From: Promethearchaeota archaeon
GTDB taxonomy: Archaea > Asgardarchaeota > Lokiarchaeia > Sigyniarchaeales > SOKP01
NCBI GenBank assembly: GCA_016840085.1
Contig: JAEOTA010000058.1
Coordinates: 33,083-97,082 of the forward strand
DNA: 64,000 nucleotides
Reading direction: 5' to 3'
How positions within the stretch are numbered: the stretch's first letter is position 1; each line of letters starts with the position of its first letter. A model generated the notes under the pieces. That model ran no database searches. It was given only the letters and a program-made list of their open reading frames with translations, and was not told the DNA's origin. This document shows, piece after piece, positions 9,915 to 20,566 of this stretch. The translations under genes were made by a program, and so were the position numbers.

Positions 9915-12734
9915 TCAATCTTTTTTTATTTTTTTGCTTAAAAGGATTGATACAATGGATAGAGTACCAAGTAGAAGGAAAAGGTTATATCCTGGAATTC
10001 CACTAGGTTTTGACTTTGGCTCAGGTTCTGGTTCAGGCTCTGGCTCAGGTTCTGGTTCAGGCTCTGGCTCAGGTTCTGGTTCAGGCTGTGGATCTGGACC
10101 ATCATCCCAAATTGGAAAACTATCCTGACTTCCTGCCTTACCATCAATATAATATGGAGTATCTCCTATACCGTCATCATCAGCATCAACACCTGAATAA
10201 TCCGACCAAAAATTCCCTATCTTTCCATTATCCCAATGATTATCCGAACCATCATCATACGCATTGAGTGTATTATTAAAATAATTAAGATATATATTAT
10301 TTTGAGTACAACTATCTGTTAAATATATCCCATTTAGGTTATTACTTACGTTATTACTTGAAATGGTGTTATAATGACTCCACTTTAAATATATCCCATA
10401 TTCGTTATTATTTACAGTATTTCCCGAAATGACGTTAGTATTACTTCCCTCTAAATATATCCCATAATAAGTGTTAATATTAACAGTGTTTCCCGAAATG
10501 TCGTTATTATTATTATCTTGCAATAAATATATCCCATTCCCATTGTAATTTGCGGTATTTCCTGAAATTCTGTTACTATCACTCCATTTTAAATATATTC
10601 CATAACCATTGTAGTTTGCGATGTTTCCTGAAATGGTGTTACCATCACTCTCCTGCAAATATATAGCAGATATGCTGTTAATATTTACAGTATTTCCCGA
10701 AATGTCGTTATAATAACCATTATCTAAATATATCCCATTCCCATTGTAATTTGCGATATTTCCCAAAATGTCGTTATAATCACTATTATCTAAATATATC
10801 CCATTCCCATTGTAATTTGCAGTGTTTCCCGAAATGTTGTTAGTATTACTATAATATAAATATATCCCTGAGTTTGTATTATTATTTGCGGTGTTTCCCG
10901 AAATGTCGTTAATAAGACTATTATCTAAATATATCCCTGAGTCTGTATTATTATTCACGGTGTTTCCTGAAATGTCGTTATAATCACTATTATTTAAATA
11001 TATCCCATATTCGTTATTATTTACAATATTTCCCGAAATGTCGTTAGTATTACTATCTTCTAAATTTATCCCATATTCGTTGTTATTTACAGTGTTTCCC
11101 GAAATGTTGTTAATAAATCCCCCTAAACGTATCCCATAACCATTGTAATTTGCAATATTTCCCAAAATGTCGTTATGACCACCAGAATATAAATTTATCC
11201 CTAAGTCTGCATTATTATTCACGGTGTTTTGTGAAATATTATTATAATTTCCATCTAAAAATATCCCGTTCCCGCTATTATTGTTTGCATTATTTCCCGC
11301 GATGATGTTATTATTTCCCCCTAAATCTAGCCCATTCCCGCTATTATTGTTTGCATTATTTCCCGCGATGATATCATTACTTCCCCCCTCTAAAAGTATT
11401 CCATTCCCGCTATTATTGTTTGCATTATTTCCCGAAATGTTGTTATTATTTCCATATAAATCTAGCCCATTCCCGCTATTATTGTTTGCAATATTTTCCG
11501 AGATGATGTTATTATCTCCCCCTAAATATAATCCATTTCCGCTATTATCGTTTGCATTATTTCCTGAAACGTTGTTATTATTTCCATATAAATATATGCC
11601 AGATATGCCATTACTATTAGCAGTGTTGTCCGAAATGTTGTTATTATTTCCCCCTAAATATATCCCTGAGTTTGTATTATTATTTGCGGTGTTTCCCGAG
11701 ATGATGTTATTATCTCCCCCTAAATATATCCCGAAGACAGTATTATTGTTTGCGGTGTTTCCTGAAATGCTGTTATTATTTCCCCCTAAATATATCCCTG
11801 AATCTGTATTATTATTTGCGGTGTTTCCCGAAATGCTGTTATTATTTCCCCCTAAATTTATCCCGAAGAGAGAATTATTGTTTGCGGTGTTTCCCGAAAT
11901 GTTGTTATTATTACACCCACTTACTAAATACATCCCCATCCTGTTATTACTTACATTATTTCTTGAAATAGTATTATCATCACTCCCCATTAAATTTATT
12001 CCAAAATCGTCGTTATCATTAGCAGTGTTTCTCGAAATGTTGTTAGAATTACACCCACTGTCTAAATATATCCCCGTCAAGCTATTACTTACGTTATTTC
12101 TTGAAATGGTATTATTATCACTCCCCTCTAAATATATCCCACGTGTGTTGTAATTTATGGTGTTTCCCGAAATGTTGTTATTATTATTTCCCGATAACCA
12201 TATCCCAATACCAGTGTTATTATTAACAATGTTTCCCGAAATAGTGTTATTATAACAGTTGCTATCTAACCATATACCTCTGTCATTGCTGTTTGAGCAA
12301 TTATTTTTGGTAAAAATTCCGTTAGTAGTGTTGTACAATCTTATTCCATTGACAGCATTATACACTGTGCAATTTCTGATTATAAAATACTCATTTTTGG
12401 AATTTTCTATACAAATTCCGCTTCCCCATTGCCCACCGATTTCGTCAATAGTCACATTTTCAATAATATAAACCCCATTATCAATATAACACCAATCATA
12501 GGTTGAAGCAGTATAAGACCAATTTATAGCAGGATTACTATCATCAATATATATATATTGTCTAGTATAGCCATCCGTCATTTTAGGACTTTTGAAATTA
12601 GTATCATCTCGAAATTCTATAGGGCCATCATTTTCACCTTGAACATTAAAGAGATTATAATTATAGATACTCAGAAATGCGAAAATTATCCCTAAAGTTA
12701 TTATAATTATTGTTTTTTTTGCTTTAGATTTCAT
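9915..12734 (-). CDS. Secreted parallel beta-helix (NosD/PbH1-repeat) protein with PE linker and Loki-CTERM-like tail; tandem paralog of 6963-9578
   Basis: Same architecture, near-identical N- and C-termini, and duplicated flanking DNA. Confidence 0.9.
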   Translation of the reverse strand: MKSKAKKTIIIITLGIIFAFLSIYNYNLFNVQGENDGPIEFRDDTNFKSPKMTDGYTRQYIYIDDSNPAINWSYTASTYDWCYIDNGVYIIENVTIDEIGGQWGSGICIENSKNEYFIIRNCTVYNAVNGIRLYNTTNGIFTKNNCSNSNDRGIWLDSNCYNNTISGNIVNNNTGIGIWLSGNNNNNISGNTINYNTRGIYLEGSDNNTISRNNVSNSLTGIYLDSGCNSNNISRNTANDNDDFGINLMGSDDNTISRNNVSNNRMGMYLVSGCNNNNISGNTANNNSLFGINLGGNNNSISGNTANNNTDSGIYLGGNNNSISGNTANNNTVFGIYLGGDNNIISGNTANNNTNSGIYLGGNNNNISDNTANSNGISGIYLYGNNNNVSGNNANDNSGNGLYLGGDNNIISENIANNNSGNGLDLYGNNNNISGNNANNNSGNGILLEGGSNDIIAGNNANNNSGNGLDLGGNNNIIAGNNANNNSGNGIFLDGNYNNISQNTVNNNADLGINLYSGGHNDILGNIANYNGYGIRLGGFINNISGNTVNNNEYGINLEDSNTNDISGNIVNNNEYGIYLNNSDYNDISGNTVNNNTDSGIYLDNSLINDISGNTANNNTNSGIYLYYSNTNNISGNTANYNGNGIYLDNSDYNDILGNIANYNGNGIYLDNGYYNDISGNTVNINSISAIYLQESDGNTISGNIANYNGYGIYLKWSDSNRISGNTANYNGNGIYLLQDNNNNDISGNTVNINTYYGIYLEGSNTNVISGNTVNNNEYGIYLKWSHYNTISSNNVSNNLNGIYLTDSCTQNNIYLNYFNNTLNAYDDGSDNHWDNGKIGNFWSDYSGVDADDDGIGDTPYYIDGKAGSQDSFPIWDDGPDPQPEPEPEPEPEPEPEPEPEPEPEPKSKPSGIPGYNLFLLLGTLSIVSILLSKKIKKD
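10017..10087. repeat. 24-bp tandem repeat (~3 copies) encoding the (PE)n linker
   Basis: TCAGGTTCTGGTTCAGGCTCTGGC at 10021 and 10045, partial copy at 10069. Confidence 0.85.
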
Positions 12735-12767
12735 ATTATTCTCATAAAAATTAATTGGATTAAGAAT

Positions 12768-12801
12768 AAAATTGACAATTATGTATTTAACACTTTTGTA
12801 T
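12768..12801 (-). promoter_or_regulatory. Conserved 34-bp promoter block, copy 2
   Basis: Identical to 9612-9645, 33 nt upstream of ATG 12734. Confidence 0.7.
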
Positions 12802-13062
12802 GCAAATCATCAGCAATTTTCCCAATATCGGGAAACTACATTCAGAAGAGAATTAGATTTCTATTAATAATTAAGTTCGAAGTACTTGGACAATTTTATA
12901 AAATCTTAAAAATTAAAAAAATATTATTTTTTCAATTATATAACTTCACTTGCTCAGTTACTTTCACGCAATAGAACTATTATAACTCCCGCTGCTCCTA
13001 ATAAAAGAAAATATCAGAGTGTTTTAAATTGGATGAAAGCATATTTTTTTTTAATTTTCTTA

Positions 13063-13848
13063 TTATTCAGGAATAGTTGCAACTGCGCGAACCCACCCTG
13101 CGCTAGCTCGAGCAATTTTTATCGGGAAACAATAAATTGTAGCACCAACAGGTGGAACCTTTTCTAAATTTGTTAATTTTTCCATTTGAAAATAACCTAA
13201 CTCAATTCCAGCGAAGTGACCTTCCCAAATAATAGAAGGATCCTGGCTTTGCTCCCATTTCTGAGCAGTAATAGAAAAAGGAGCATCCCAAGACCATGAA
13301 TCTGTTCCTACAATATGAACTCCTTGTCTGATTATATGCAAAGTTGCCTTTTTACCTACTCCTATTCCATGATGTACAAACTCATTAGTTCCATAATAGT
13401 TGGAAGCATTAGTATGAACACATAAGATATCCTTTTCTTTTAGACTATAATTAATCTCATTTAACTTTTTATCAATATCTTCTGGTAATAATACATATCC
13501 ATCCTCATAATCAGTGCAATCCAGAACAATAAGAGGAGCAATACACCACTCTAAGGGAATCTCATCGATTGTCATTGCTTTCCTTTGTCCAATTTCTTTA
13601 TCTTGAATAGAGGCAAAGTGCCATGGGGAGTCCATATGAGTTCCATTATGAGTGCTTAGTGTAATCCTTTCTGTTGCCCAACCTGTACCAAGAGGTAAAT
13701 GTTTTTCTGGTATTAGATTAAATATAGCGCCCATTTGTTCAGCACCTTTCTTATGATCATTGTAGTCTATATGTAGCTCTGTTCTTTCTGGATCAAAAAT
13801 TAATTCCTCAGGATTAATTAATGGAATAGACAAATCAATAAATTTCAT
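13063..13848 (-). CDS. Cyclase family metal-dependent hydrolase (kynurenine formamidase-like)
   Basis: FIDLS start, HNGTHMDSPWHF (HxGTHxDxPxH), GTDSWSWD, QMEKLTNL, PIKI..ASAGWVRAVA. Confidence 0.9.
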   Translation of the reverse strand: MKFIDLSIPLINPEELIFDPERTELHIDYNDHKKGAEQMGAIFNLIPEKHLPLGTGWATERITLSTHNGTHMDSPWHFASIQDKEIGQRKAMTIDEIPLEWCIAPLIVLDCTDYEDGYVLLPEDIDKKLNEINYSLKEKDILCVHTNASNYYGTNEFVHHGIGVGKKATLHIIRQGVHIVGTDSWSWDAPFSITAQKWEQSQDPSIIWEGHFAGIELGYFQMEKLTNLEKVPPVGATIYCFPIKIARASAGWVRAVATIPE

Positions 13849-13933
13849 TTTTCACCACTTATGGTCAAATTGTATATAAATAAATAATAATTAAATTAGA
13901 GTTGAGAAATAAAAAGAGATATACTTAATTAAT

Positions 13934-14794
13934 TCATAGGTTTAATAATTTAGCTGCATTTAGACCTAAAATTTTCTCAATCTCCTCATCGGTTAAAAAA
14001 TCAACATCGTCAAAATAATTCACAGCAATTTCTATCATTTCTGGTGTATTGCCATCTGAACCAAATAGGATTTTATTTACACCGATAACTTCATTTGCTT
14101 TAATTAATAATTCCTTTAAACGAGAAGGCATCATATACGCAAGATTGCTAATGTCTAAATGTATGTTCGGATATTGAGCTGCTAGTGCAATTGCGATATC
14201 AGTGAAAGGATACCCCATATGAGTGATTATAATATTAGCCTTCGGAAATGAACTAGCATACTCATCAATAACAATTGGATTTGAGTATGTTAATACGTTT
14301 TTTCTTGTTCCTGGTGGTGGATATCCGCAATGCATTACAATAGGGATTTTATATTTTTGAGCAGCTTCTAATACCGGAAAAATTAACTGATCGTTTAGTC
14401 TTTTTTTACGGAATGTAAGCATTATTTTAAATCCTTTATAATTCTCCTCTACAATTGCCTTTTCTATTTCTTCTTTAACATTTACATCAGCATCGGATTT
14501 TTCGGGAGGATTATAGAAAGGTATGAAAATATCAGGGGCAAACTCAACCCATTTTTTTACTTCTTGATTTTCTTTCATATTTACCGGTAATAATACCACC
14601 TTGTCAATGTTAGCACTATTCAAATGAAAAATAGTCTTTTCCATAATATTCTTTGTTTCAATGGATTGTATTTCACTAAATTTTTTTACCATTCTTTCAT
14701 AAAATCCATATCCCTTAAAGATCATTGGACCAACTTCAACCATTCTCCTTGTATCAATCGGTTGAAAAAGATGACAATGAAAATCAATTCTCAA
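13934..14794 (-). CDS. Amidohydrolase_2 family protein
   Basis: IDFHCH, KGFKI, MHCG, THMGYP, LDIS, LFGSDG motifs. Confidence 0.88.
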   Translation of the reverse strand: MRIDFHCHLFQPIDTRRMVEVGPMIFKGYGFYERMVKKFSEIQSIETKNIMEKTIFHLNSANIDKVVLLPVNMKENQEVKKWVEFAPDIFIPFYNPPEKSDADVNVKEEIEKAIVEENYKGFKIMLTFRKKRLNDQLIFPVLEAAQKYKIPIVMHCGYPPPGTRKNVLTYSNPIVIDEYASSFPKANIIITHMGYPFTDIAIALAAQYPNIHLDISNLAYMMPSRLKELLIKANEVIGVNKILFGSDGNTPEMIEIAVNYFDDVDFLTDEEIEKILGLNAAKLLNL

Positions 14795-15070
14795 ATTTTC
14801 TCACTTATTTAACAAACTTAATTATGATAAATCTTATGTCTAGTTTAATTAGAATCTTATGAAATACGGATTTTTTAAGAAACAAGGTTTTTTAATTTAA
14901 AAATTTCTTTAGAAAAATTTCATCTCTTATTCATAAAATAAATTAGGATCTGTTTCCAGATTCTAATTGATTAAACGGTATAGTAGCTAAGTATATTAAA
15001 ATATACAATAATATTAAATAGTTAATCATGATCTTTTACATAATAATCTAAACTATTTTGGCGAAAAAAA

Positions 15071-16045
15071 ATGAAATTAAATACAAAAATAATGATATTC
15101 ATTTTATTAGCTTTAGGAATCGTTTTTGTATTATCACCAATAATTAGCAACAATCTCAATTATGATGCAAGAAATAATGATAAAAGTTCGGAATATAGCA
15201 AAGATATTAATTCAGTTAATAAAATATTGAAATTCTCAAAAATATCTGGAAAAATTCATATTGATGGCGATTGGTCTGCTGCTAAGGCTGGGGGTATATG
15301 TTCAGGTTCAGGCACTTCCTCCGATCCTTATATCCTAAAAGATTTCATAATAGATGCAGATGGTCCGGGAAGTTGCATACTAATTGAAAATTCTGATGTG
15401 TATTTTAAGATTGAAAATTGTACCCTCTTCAACAGTGGAACTTCTTATATCTTAGATGGAGGAATTACATTAAATAATGTAACAAATGGAGTAGTAATTA
15501 ATAACACTTGTTATTCTAATTTCAGGGGAATTAATGTAAGAAAAAGTTATAATAACATTATTTCGGGAAATATCGCAAATAATAACATTGAGGATGGGAT
15601 ATATTTATGGTATAGTAATATTAACACCGTTTCAGGAAACACGGCAAATAACAACGGTGATAGTGGAATAATGTTGCACGATAATAGTAATAATAATATA
15701 ATTTCGGGAAATACCGCAAATAACAATTATGAAAATGGAATATACTTATGGATCTGTAATAACAACACCATTTCAGGAAATACCGCAAATAATAATACCG
15801 AAGCTGGAATAAATTTAAGAAGTAGTGATAATAACAAAATTTCAGAAAATATCTTAATGGGAAATGATAAGTGCATCCTAGAAGAATATTCCCAAGGAAA
15901 CAAATTTAAAGATAATAAGTCCTGCAATTATGGAGAAGGTGATGAAATAATTCCAGGATATAATCTATTCTTTCTACTTGGTATTCTATCCTTTGTAGCA
16001 ATCCTTATAAGTAGAAAAATAAAGAAATCTTCAAATTTAAATTAA
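15071..16045 (+). CDS. Secreted parallel beta-helix (NosD-like) protein with Loki-CTERM-like tail
   Basis: Signal peptide, GSGTSSDPYIL, ISGNTANNN repeats, IPGYNL-TM-RKIKK. Confidence 0.88.
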   Translation: MKLNTKIMIFILLALGIVFVLSPIISNNLNYDARNNDKSSEYSKDINSVNKILKFSKISGKIHIDGDWSAAKAGGICSGSGTSSDPYILKDFIIDADGPGSCILIENSDVYFKIENCTLFNSGTSYILDGGITLNNVTNGVVINNTCYSNFRGINVRKSYNNIISGNIANNNIEDGIYLWYSNINTVSGNTANNNGDSGIMLHDNSNNNIISGNTANNNYENGIYLWICNNNTISGNTANNNTEAGINLRSSDNNKISENILMGNDKCILEEYSQGNKFKDNKSCNYGEGDEIIPGYNLFFLLGILSFVAILISRKIKKSSNLN

Positions 16046-16072
16046 ATTCTATTTTTTTTCTTTAGTTTTTTA

Positions 16073-16363
16073 TCAACTTTCATTTTCCTTAGGGTTAAAT
16101 AGTAAAATTTTATACTTCCATAATAGCCCTATTTCTCTTTCTTTAGAAGTAAGTTCAAATTCAATACGATTAGTGGAAAAAGTAGGCATCACTACAGTTC
16201 CCTCATTCCCTACAACTTCGAGTAAAGCATTTATAACTGTTTTCGCGCCTCCTTTGACCTTACCAAAACTCTGTAAAGAACTATGCACTCCAAGATGAAA
16301 TCCCGTGTTTATCCCAAGATTTCTTAATCCTTTCTTAATATCTTCTTTAATTACTATATTCAT
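16073..16363 (-). pseudogene. Truncated aminoglycoside N(3)-acetyltransferase (AAC(3)/YokD) family gene
   Basis: VHSSLQSFGKVKGGAKTVINALLEVVGNEGTVVMPTFS is the N-terminal family signature. Only 96 aa versus about 260 aa for the family. Confidence 0.75.
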
Positions 16364-16804
16364 GTGATAATTTCTAGTTTAGATAATCTGAACTTAATTA
16401 GATATCAATCTATTTTAATATTTGGAATATTATATGTGATAACTCCTTCAAATAGCCTCATTCTTATATAATTAAGTGAAGGAAGGAATAGAAAAAAAGC
16501 TAACTTCTCTTCGACATTCATCTAAATAATCCCCAAACCAAGAATGATTATTGAAAACTAATTTTCAATTAGATGGATAAATAAAGAATTAGAATTATAA
16601 TAATTTTCTTACACTGCAAAATTTATTTATGTTTACAGCTCTTATTTTTAATTCATTTTTCACTTTTTTTGGTTAATAATAGTATTTTTATTAAAAAGAA
16701 ATTTAAAGATATTAATGACTATTTTTAGTATATTATCTATTCTTATTGAATTTTAAAAGTGTAATAATACAAAATCTACCAAATATTTAAAAAGAGGAAT
16801 TATA

Positions 16805-18283
16805 ATGAGGACAAAAGAAGAATTTATGAAAGATTTAGGTAAAATGAAGAATAATATCTACTTTAATGGTGAAAGGATTAATCGTTTAGATGAACGGCAA
16901 TTACCATGTATTGATACAATTGGTACAACATTTGACGTAGTTGAGGACCCAGAATATGGTGATTTAATCCTAGCAAAATCTCATCTTACAGGTGAAATAA
17001 TTAATCGTTTTACTCATATTCATCAAAATACAGATGATCTTCATAAAAAGCAAGATATGACCAGAAAAATCTGCCAGAAAGTTGGTGGATGTGTTCAACG
17101 CTGTATGGGATGTGATGCAGCTAATGCCGTTTATAACGTGAGTTATGAAGCAGATAAATCAAATAATGGTGAAACTAACTATCACGAAAATTTTAAAAAA
17201 TGGTTAGAAAGATTTCAGAAGGAAGATTTAATTGCAGCTTGTGCTCAAACTGATGTTAAGGGTAATAGAATAAAACGACCTGCGGATCAGGAAGATCCAG
17301 ATATGTATGTTCATGTTGTAGAAAAAAGAAAAGATGGTATTATAGTTCGAGGTTGTAAGCTTCATATTTCAGAAGCCTCTGTATCTGATGAAATTATAGT
17401 TGTCCCTACTAGAGCATTAAGACCAGAAGATAAAGATTATGCAGTTGCATTTGCATTGACTGGGGATTATGAAGGAGTTAAACAAGTAATTACAATACAT
17501 AATTTACGTGAAAGAGAATATTTTAAACGTGGGTTCATGCCTGGAGCTACAGATTCATATATTATTTTTGATGACGTGTTTGTTCCATGGGAAAGGGTTT
17601 TTCTTTGTGGTGAATATCAACATGCTGGTACTCTTGCCTTATTATTTGCTTTATTTCATCGCCACAGTTATTCAGGTTGTAAACCTGCTATTGGAGATTT
17701 AGTAGTTGGAACTGCTGCTCTAGCAGCAGAATATAACAATATCCATAGAGCTTCTCATGTAAGAAGTAAATTAGCTGAATTAATCCTGGTTACAGAACTT
17801 GGGTATGCCGCAGGATATACTGCTTCAGATTTAGGTAAACCAGAGGTATATATGCCTGGTGTAGGTTTTATTCCTTATGGCCCTGGCAGTTATATTCCAA
17901 ATTCGATCTATTGTAATGTCGGAAGATGTTTATCAGGAGAAAATGTATTTCATGAAGCTGAGATCATAACTGATCTTTGCGGTGGTATTCCAGCAACTTT
18001 CCCTCATGAAAGAGATTTTGTTAATCCGGAACTAAAGGACCAACTTTATAAATACATCACTAGAAACCCAATGATTTCTCCAGAAAATGCTGCGCAATTC
18101 TGGCGATATGTTGGTGATATATATTGTTCTGCTACAGGTGGAGTTCATCTCTTTGGAAGTTATCATGGTGGCGGTTCCCCAGTAATGGAAAGTATAGCAA
18201 TTACAACTCAATATGATATTGAATCCAGAAAAGATATGGTCAAGAAAATTGCAGGAATTAATGATGAGTTAAATAAAACTTAA
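16805..18283 (+). CDS. abfD: 4-hydroxybutyryl-CoA dehydratase (HpaB/AbfD family)
   Basis: CVQRCMGCDA and HRHSYSGCK provide candidate [4Fe-4S] ligands. Also QTDVKGNR, GCKLHIS and HGGGSP. Confidence 0.82.
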   Translation: MRTKEEFMKDLGKMKNNIYFNGERINRLDERQLPCIDTIGTTFDVVEDPEYGDLILAKSHLTGEIINRFTHIHQNTDDLHKKQDMTRKICQKVGGCVQRCMGCDAANAVYNVSYEADKSNNGETNYHENFKKWLERFQKEDLIAACAQTDVKGNRIKRPADQEDPDMYVHVVEKRKDGIIVRGCKLHISEASVSDEIIVVPTRALRPEDKDYAVAFALTGDYEGVKQVITIHNLREREYFKRGFMPGATDSYIIFDDVFVPWERVFLCGEYQHAGTLALLFALFHRHSYSGCKPAIGDLVVGTAALAAEYNNIHRASHVRSKLAELILVTELGYAAGYTASDLGKPEVYMPGVGFIPYGPGSYIPNSIYCNVGRCLSGENVFHEAEIITDLCGGIPATFPHERDFVNPELKDQLYKYITRNPMISPENAAQFWRYVGDIYCSATGGVHLFGSYHGGGSPVMESIAITTQYDIESRKDMVKKIAGINDELNKT

Positions 18284-18408
18284 AACTAAATCAATTGGAA
18301 AGTTAATTTTTTTTTTTTAATTTAATTTTAATTTTTTTAAATGTATAAATTTTTCATCGATTTAAATAAAATTATATAATTTTTTAAAAAAAATAAAATA
18401 AAGGTTAA

Positions 18409-19170
18409 TTAAACGTCTCGAGTTTTAAATCTCAGGTAAGAAAGTATAAGACAAGGGATAAGATACGAAAGTGCTATGTAGATTGCTAATAATAAATCTA
18501 TGTTCATCTCAGACATTGCTGCCTCTCCTATAAAAATAGCTTGTCCGACTATTTCTAGATAAATGAAGGTTGGATTTGGAACACTTGGATCAATAAATAG
18601 TAAAATTGCAAACAATATGGCCGAACTTGTGAATATAATAAATCCTATTATCATAGCTTGACTGCCTGATCTAAATATAGCACTAAATAGAAGATAAAGA
18701 GAGGTACACGATATACCAATTAAGCAATAATATCCAAACCATAAAATTAATTCAACAGGTATGGTATTGTACTCTATTAAACAAATAATAGATGTTACTA
18801 TGAATGCAGGAGCGATCCAGACTAAGACACTAGTAAAAGCAGCAAAAGTTTTTCCAATAAAAAAATTATTGCGTCCAGTTTTCGTAAAATTAGTTAATGC
18901 TGTCTTTCTATCAAATTCATTCGCTATAATTCCGCCAGCAAAAAATAGAGTTAAAAGGTAGGAAAATGTACCTATTTGACTAAGAGTACTTCCACAAAAA
19001 AGCTTTGCATTAGGCATTGATAAGGACATTAGAGATGTCAAAATGACAGCTACTACCGATAATAAAGCAACTAAAATATATCTCTTTCTCTGGAGAAAAA
19101 TTTCGAACCTGTAGACATTGAAGATTTGCTTTAAATTAAAATTTTCTTCTATAATTAAATTGGAGTTCAC
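18409..19170 (-). CDS. ABC-2 type transporter permease
   Basis: Six hydrophobic helices, IANEFDRKT...FFIGK motif, overlaps the ATPase stop by 4 bp. Confidence 0.85.
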   Translation of the reverse strand: MNSNLIIEENFNLKQIFNVYRFEIFLQRKRYILVALLSVVAVILTSLMSLSMPNAKLFCGSTLSQIGTFSYLLTLFFAGGIIANEFDRKTALTNFTKTGRNNFFIGKTFAAFTSVLVWIAPAFIVTSIICLIEYNTIPVELILWFGYYCLIGISCTSLYLLFSAIFRSGSQAMIIGFIIFTSSAILFAILLFIDPSVPNPTFIYLEIVGQAIFIGEAAMSEMNIDLLLAIYIALSYLIPCLILSYLRFKTRDV

Positions 19171-20192
19171 TCTTTCAATTCACCTCCATTTTTGTTATCA
19201 TCTTCATCTACTAGACTTATATACAAATCTTCTAACCGAGAAGTGCGGTCTTTGCTAAATCCGACAATTGGAAGTCTCATGTCTATAGATAAAATTTCGT
19301 GAATTTTCTTAAGAGATAACGGTGTCCCATTGTAAAATATATTGAAACCAGGAAGAACTTCATCGTATGTGACAAAATTTTTAGCCCCATTTTCGCAATA
19401 TTGTTCAATTTTATTCCTGATTTCATTTACTACTTTATCAACTTGTGAAAATTCGAGTGGCTCAAAAAGTTCGCATTGGATTTGCTTTTTAGTCATTTTC
19501 TGTTCTAAATTGATTAGAGTGTCCGCTGCAATTAAATTTCCACGATTAATTATGACTATTCGATCACAGACTTCTGATATTTCATACAATAGATGAGACG
19601 AGAGAAAAATTGTTTTCCCCATTTTTTTCAATTTTTGCAAGATATTTCGAACTAGAATGCGTCCTGAAGGATCCAAACCTGTTTGAGGTTCGTCAAGAAC
19701 AAGCAAATCAGGATCATGTACTAGTGCCTGTGCAAGTCCTAACCTTTGAACCATTCCTTTTGAAAATTCTTTTATGATTTTGTTTTTCCATTTTGACATT
19801 TCAACAACATCAAGCGCCCAGTCTACTCGTTTTTCAATAATATCTTTAGATAATCCTAATAAACGACAATAATAACGAAGTATCTGATTTGGGGTTACTT
19901 GTCCGTAAAAGGCGGGCAAATCAATTAAAAAACCAATTTGTTTAAAAAGATCAGCTGGTTTTTTCTTTATATCAATTAAGTCCCCATTATGATTATATAT
20001 TTCGATTTTGCCACTCGTCGGTTTAATTAATCCGCCTAACATTTTCATAGTTGTTGTTTTCCCTGCTCCATTGGGACCGACAAATCCTAAGATTTCACCT
20101 TCATAAATTTCCAAATTTAAATTATTTACTGCCATTAAATCATGGAACCTTTTACTAAGGTTCGTGAACTTTACTATAGTTTTATTTGACAT
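19167..20192 (-). CDS. ABC-2 type (DrrA-like) transporter ATP-binding protein
   Basis: GPNGAGKTT, FSKGMVQR, VLDEPQTGLDP, LSSH. Confidence 0.92.
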   Translation of the reverse strand: MSNKTIVKFTNLSKRFHDLMAVNNLNLEIYEGEILGFVGPNGAGKTTTMKMLGGLIKPTSGKIEIYNHNGDLIDIKKKPADLFKQIGFLIDLPAFYGQVTPNQILRYYCRLLGLSKDIIEKRVDWALDVVEMSKWKNKIIKEFSKGMVQRLGLAQALVHDPDLLVLDEPQTGLDPSGRILVRNILQKLKKMGKTIFLSSHLLYEISEVCDRIVIINRGNLIAADTLINLEQKMTKKQIQCELFEPLEFSQVDKVVNEIRNKIEQYCENGAKNFVTYDEVLPGFNIFYNGTPLSLKKIHEILSIDMRLPIVGFSKDRTSRLEDLYISLVDEDDNKNGGELKE

Positions 20193-20447
20193 ATTTACTA
20201 CAAATCGTTATTTTTAATTTTGAATACTATAGGCTTGTATTTCCAAAAGAGAAATTAGAAGTATCGTAATATTTAACTTATGGAATCCAATTTTTCTATT
20301 TTCAGTTTTGTGAATTAAATCAATTAGAACCTTAATTAGAATCTTAGGAAAACAAAATTTCTAAAAGAGAATTTTTAGAGTTAAAATTTCTCTCATGAAA
20401 TTTAAAATTTTTCTGAGAGGTTGATTAACTTTTCTTCAATTAGCAGA

Positions 20448-20482
20448 AAAGGTAAATTCAGAGTCTGATTTCAATGAAAATT
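20448..20482. repeat. 35-bp direct repeat, copy 1 (left of hydrolase gene)
   Basis: AAAGGTAAATTCAGAGTCTGATTT (24 bp identical) extends to 35 bp with 2 mismatches versus 21471-21505. Contains the palindrome TCAGA-G-TCTGA. Confidence 0.85.
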
Positions 20483-20566
20483 CCTATGAAAAAAAGAAAC
20501 TCACATTTTTTCATGAAATTTTTGCTTAATAAATGGAATAATTATTAAAAATGATGTTACATAGGT

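Noticed and set aside
7300-12300. Regularly spaced TTTCCCGAAAT / AAATATATCCC repeats as a CRISPR array
   Set aside because: They are degenerate, in-frame codons of ISGN/GIYL protein repeats. No invariant repeat with unique spacers and no cas genes.
7936-12471. Plus-strand ORFs including the 290-aa 11281-12153
   Set aside because: Antisense shadows of Asn-rich beta-helix repeats. Low-complexity Leu/Phe/Pro translations.
6963-12734. Paralog pair as template/variable repeats of a diversity-generating retroelement
   Set aside because: Both copies are full genes, differences include indels and are not adenine-specific by eye, and there is no reverse transcriptase in the window.
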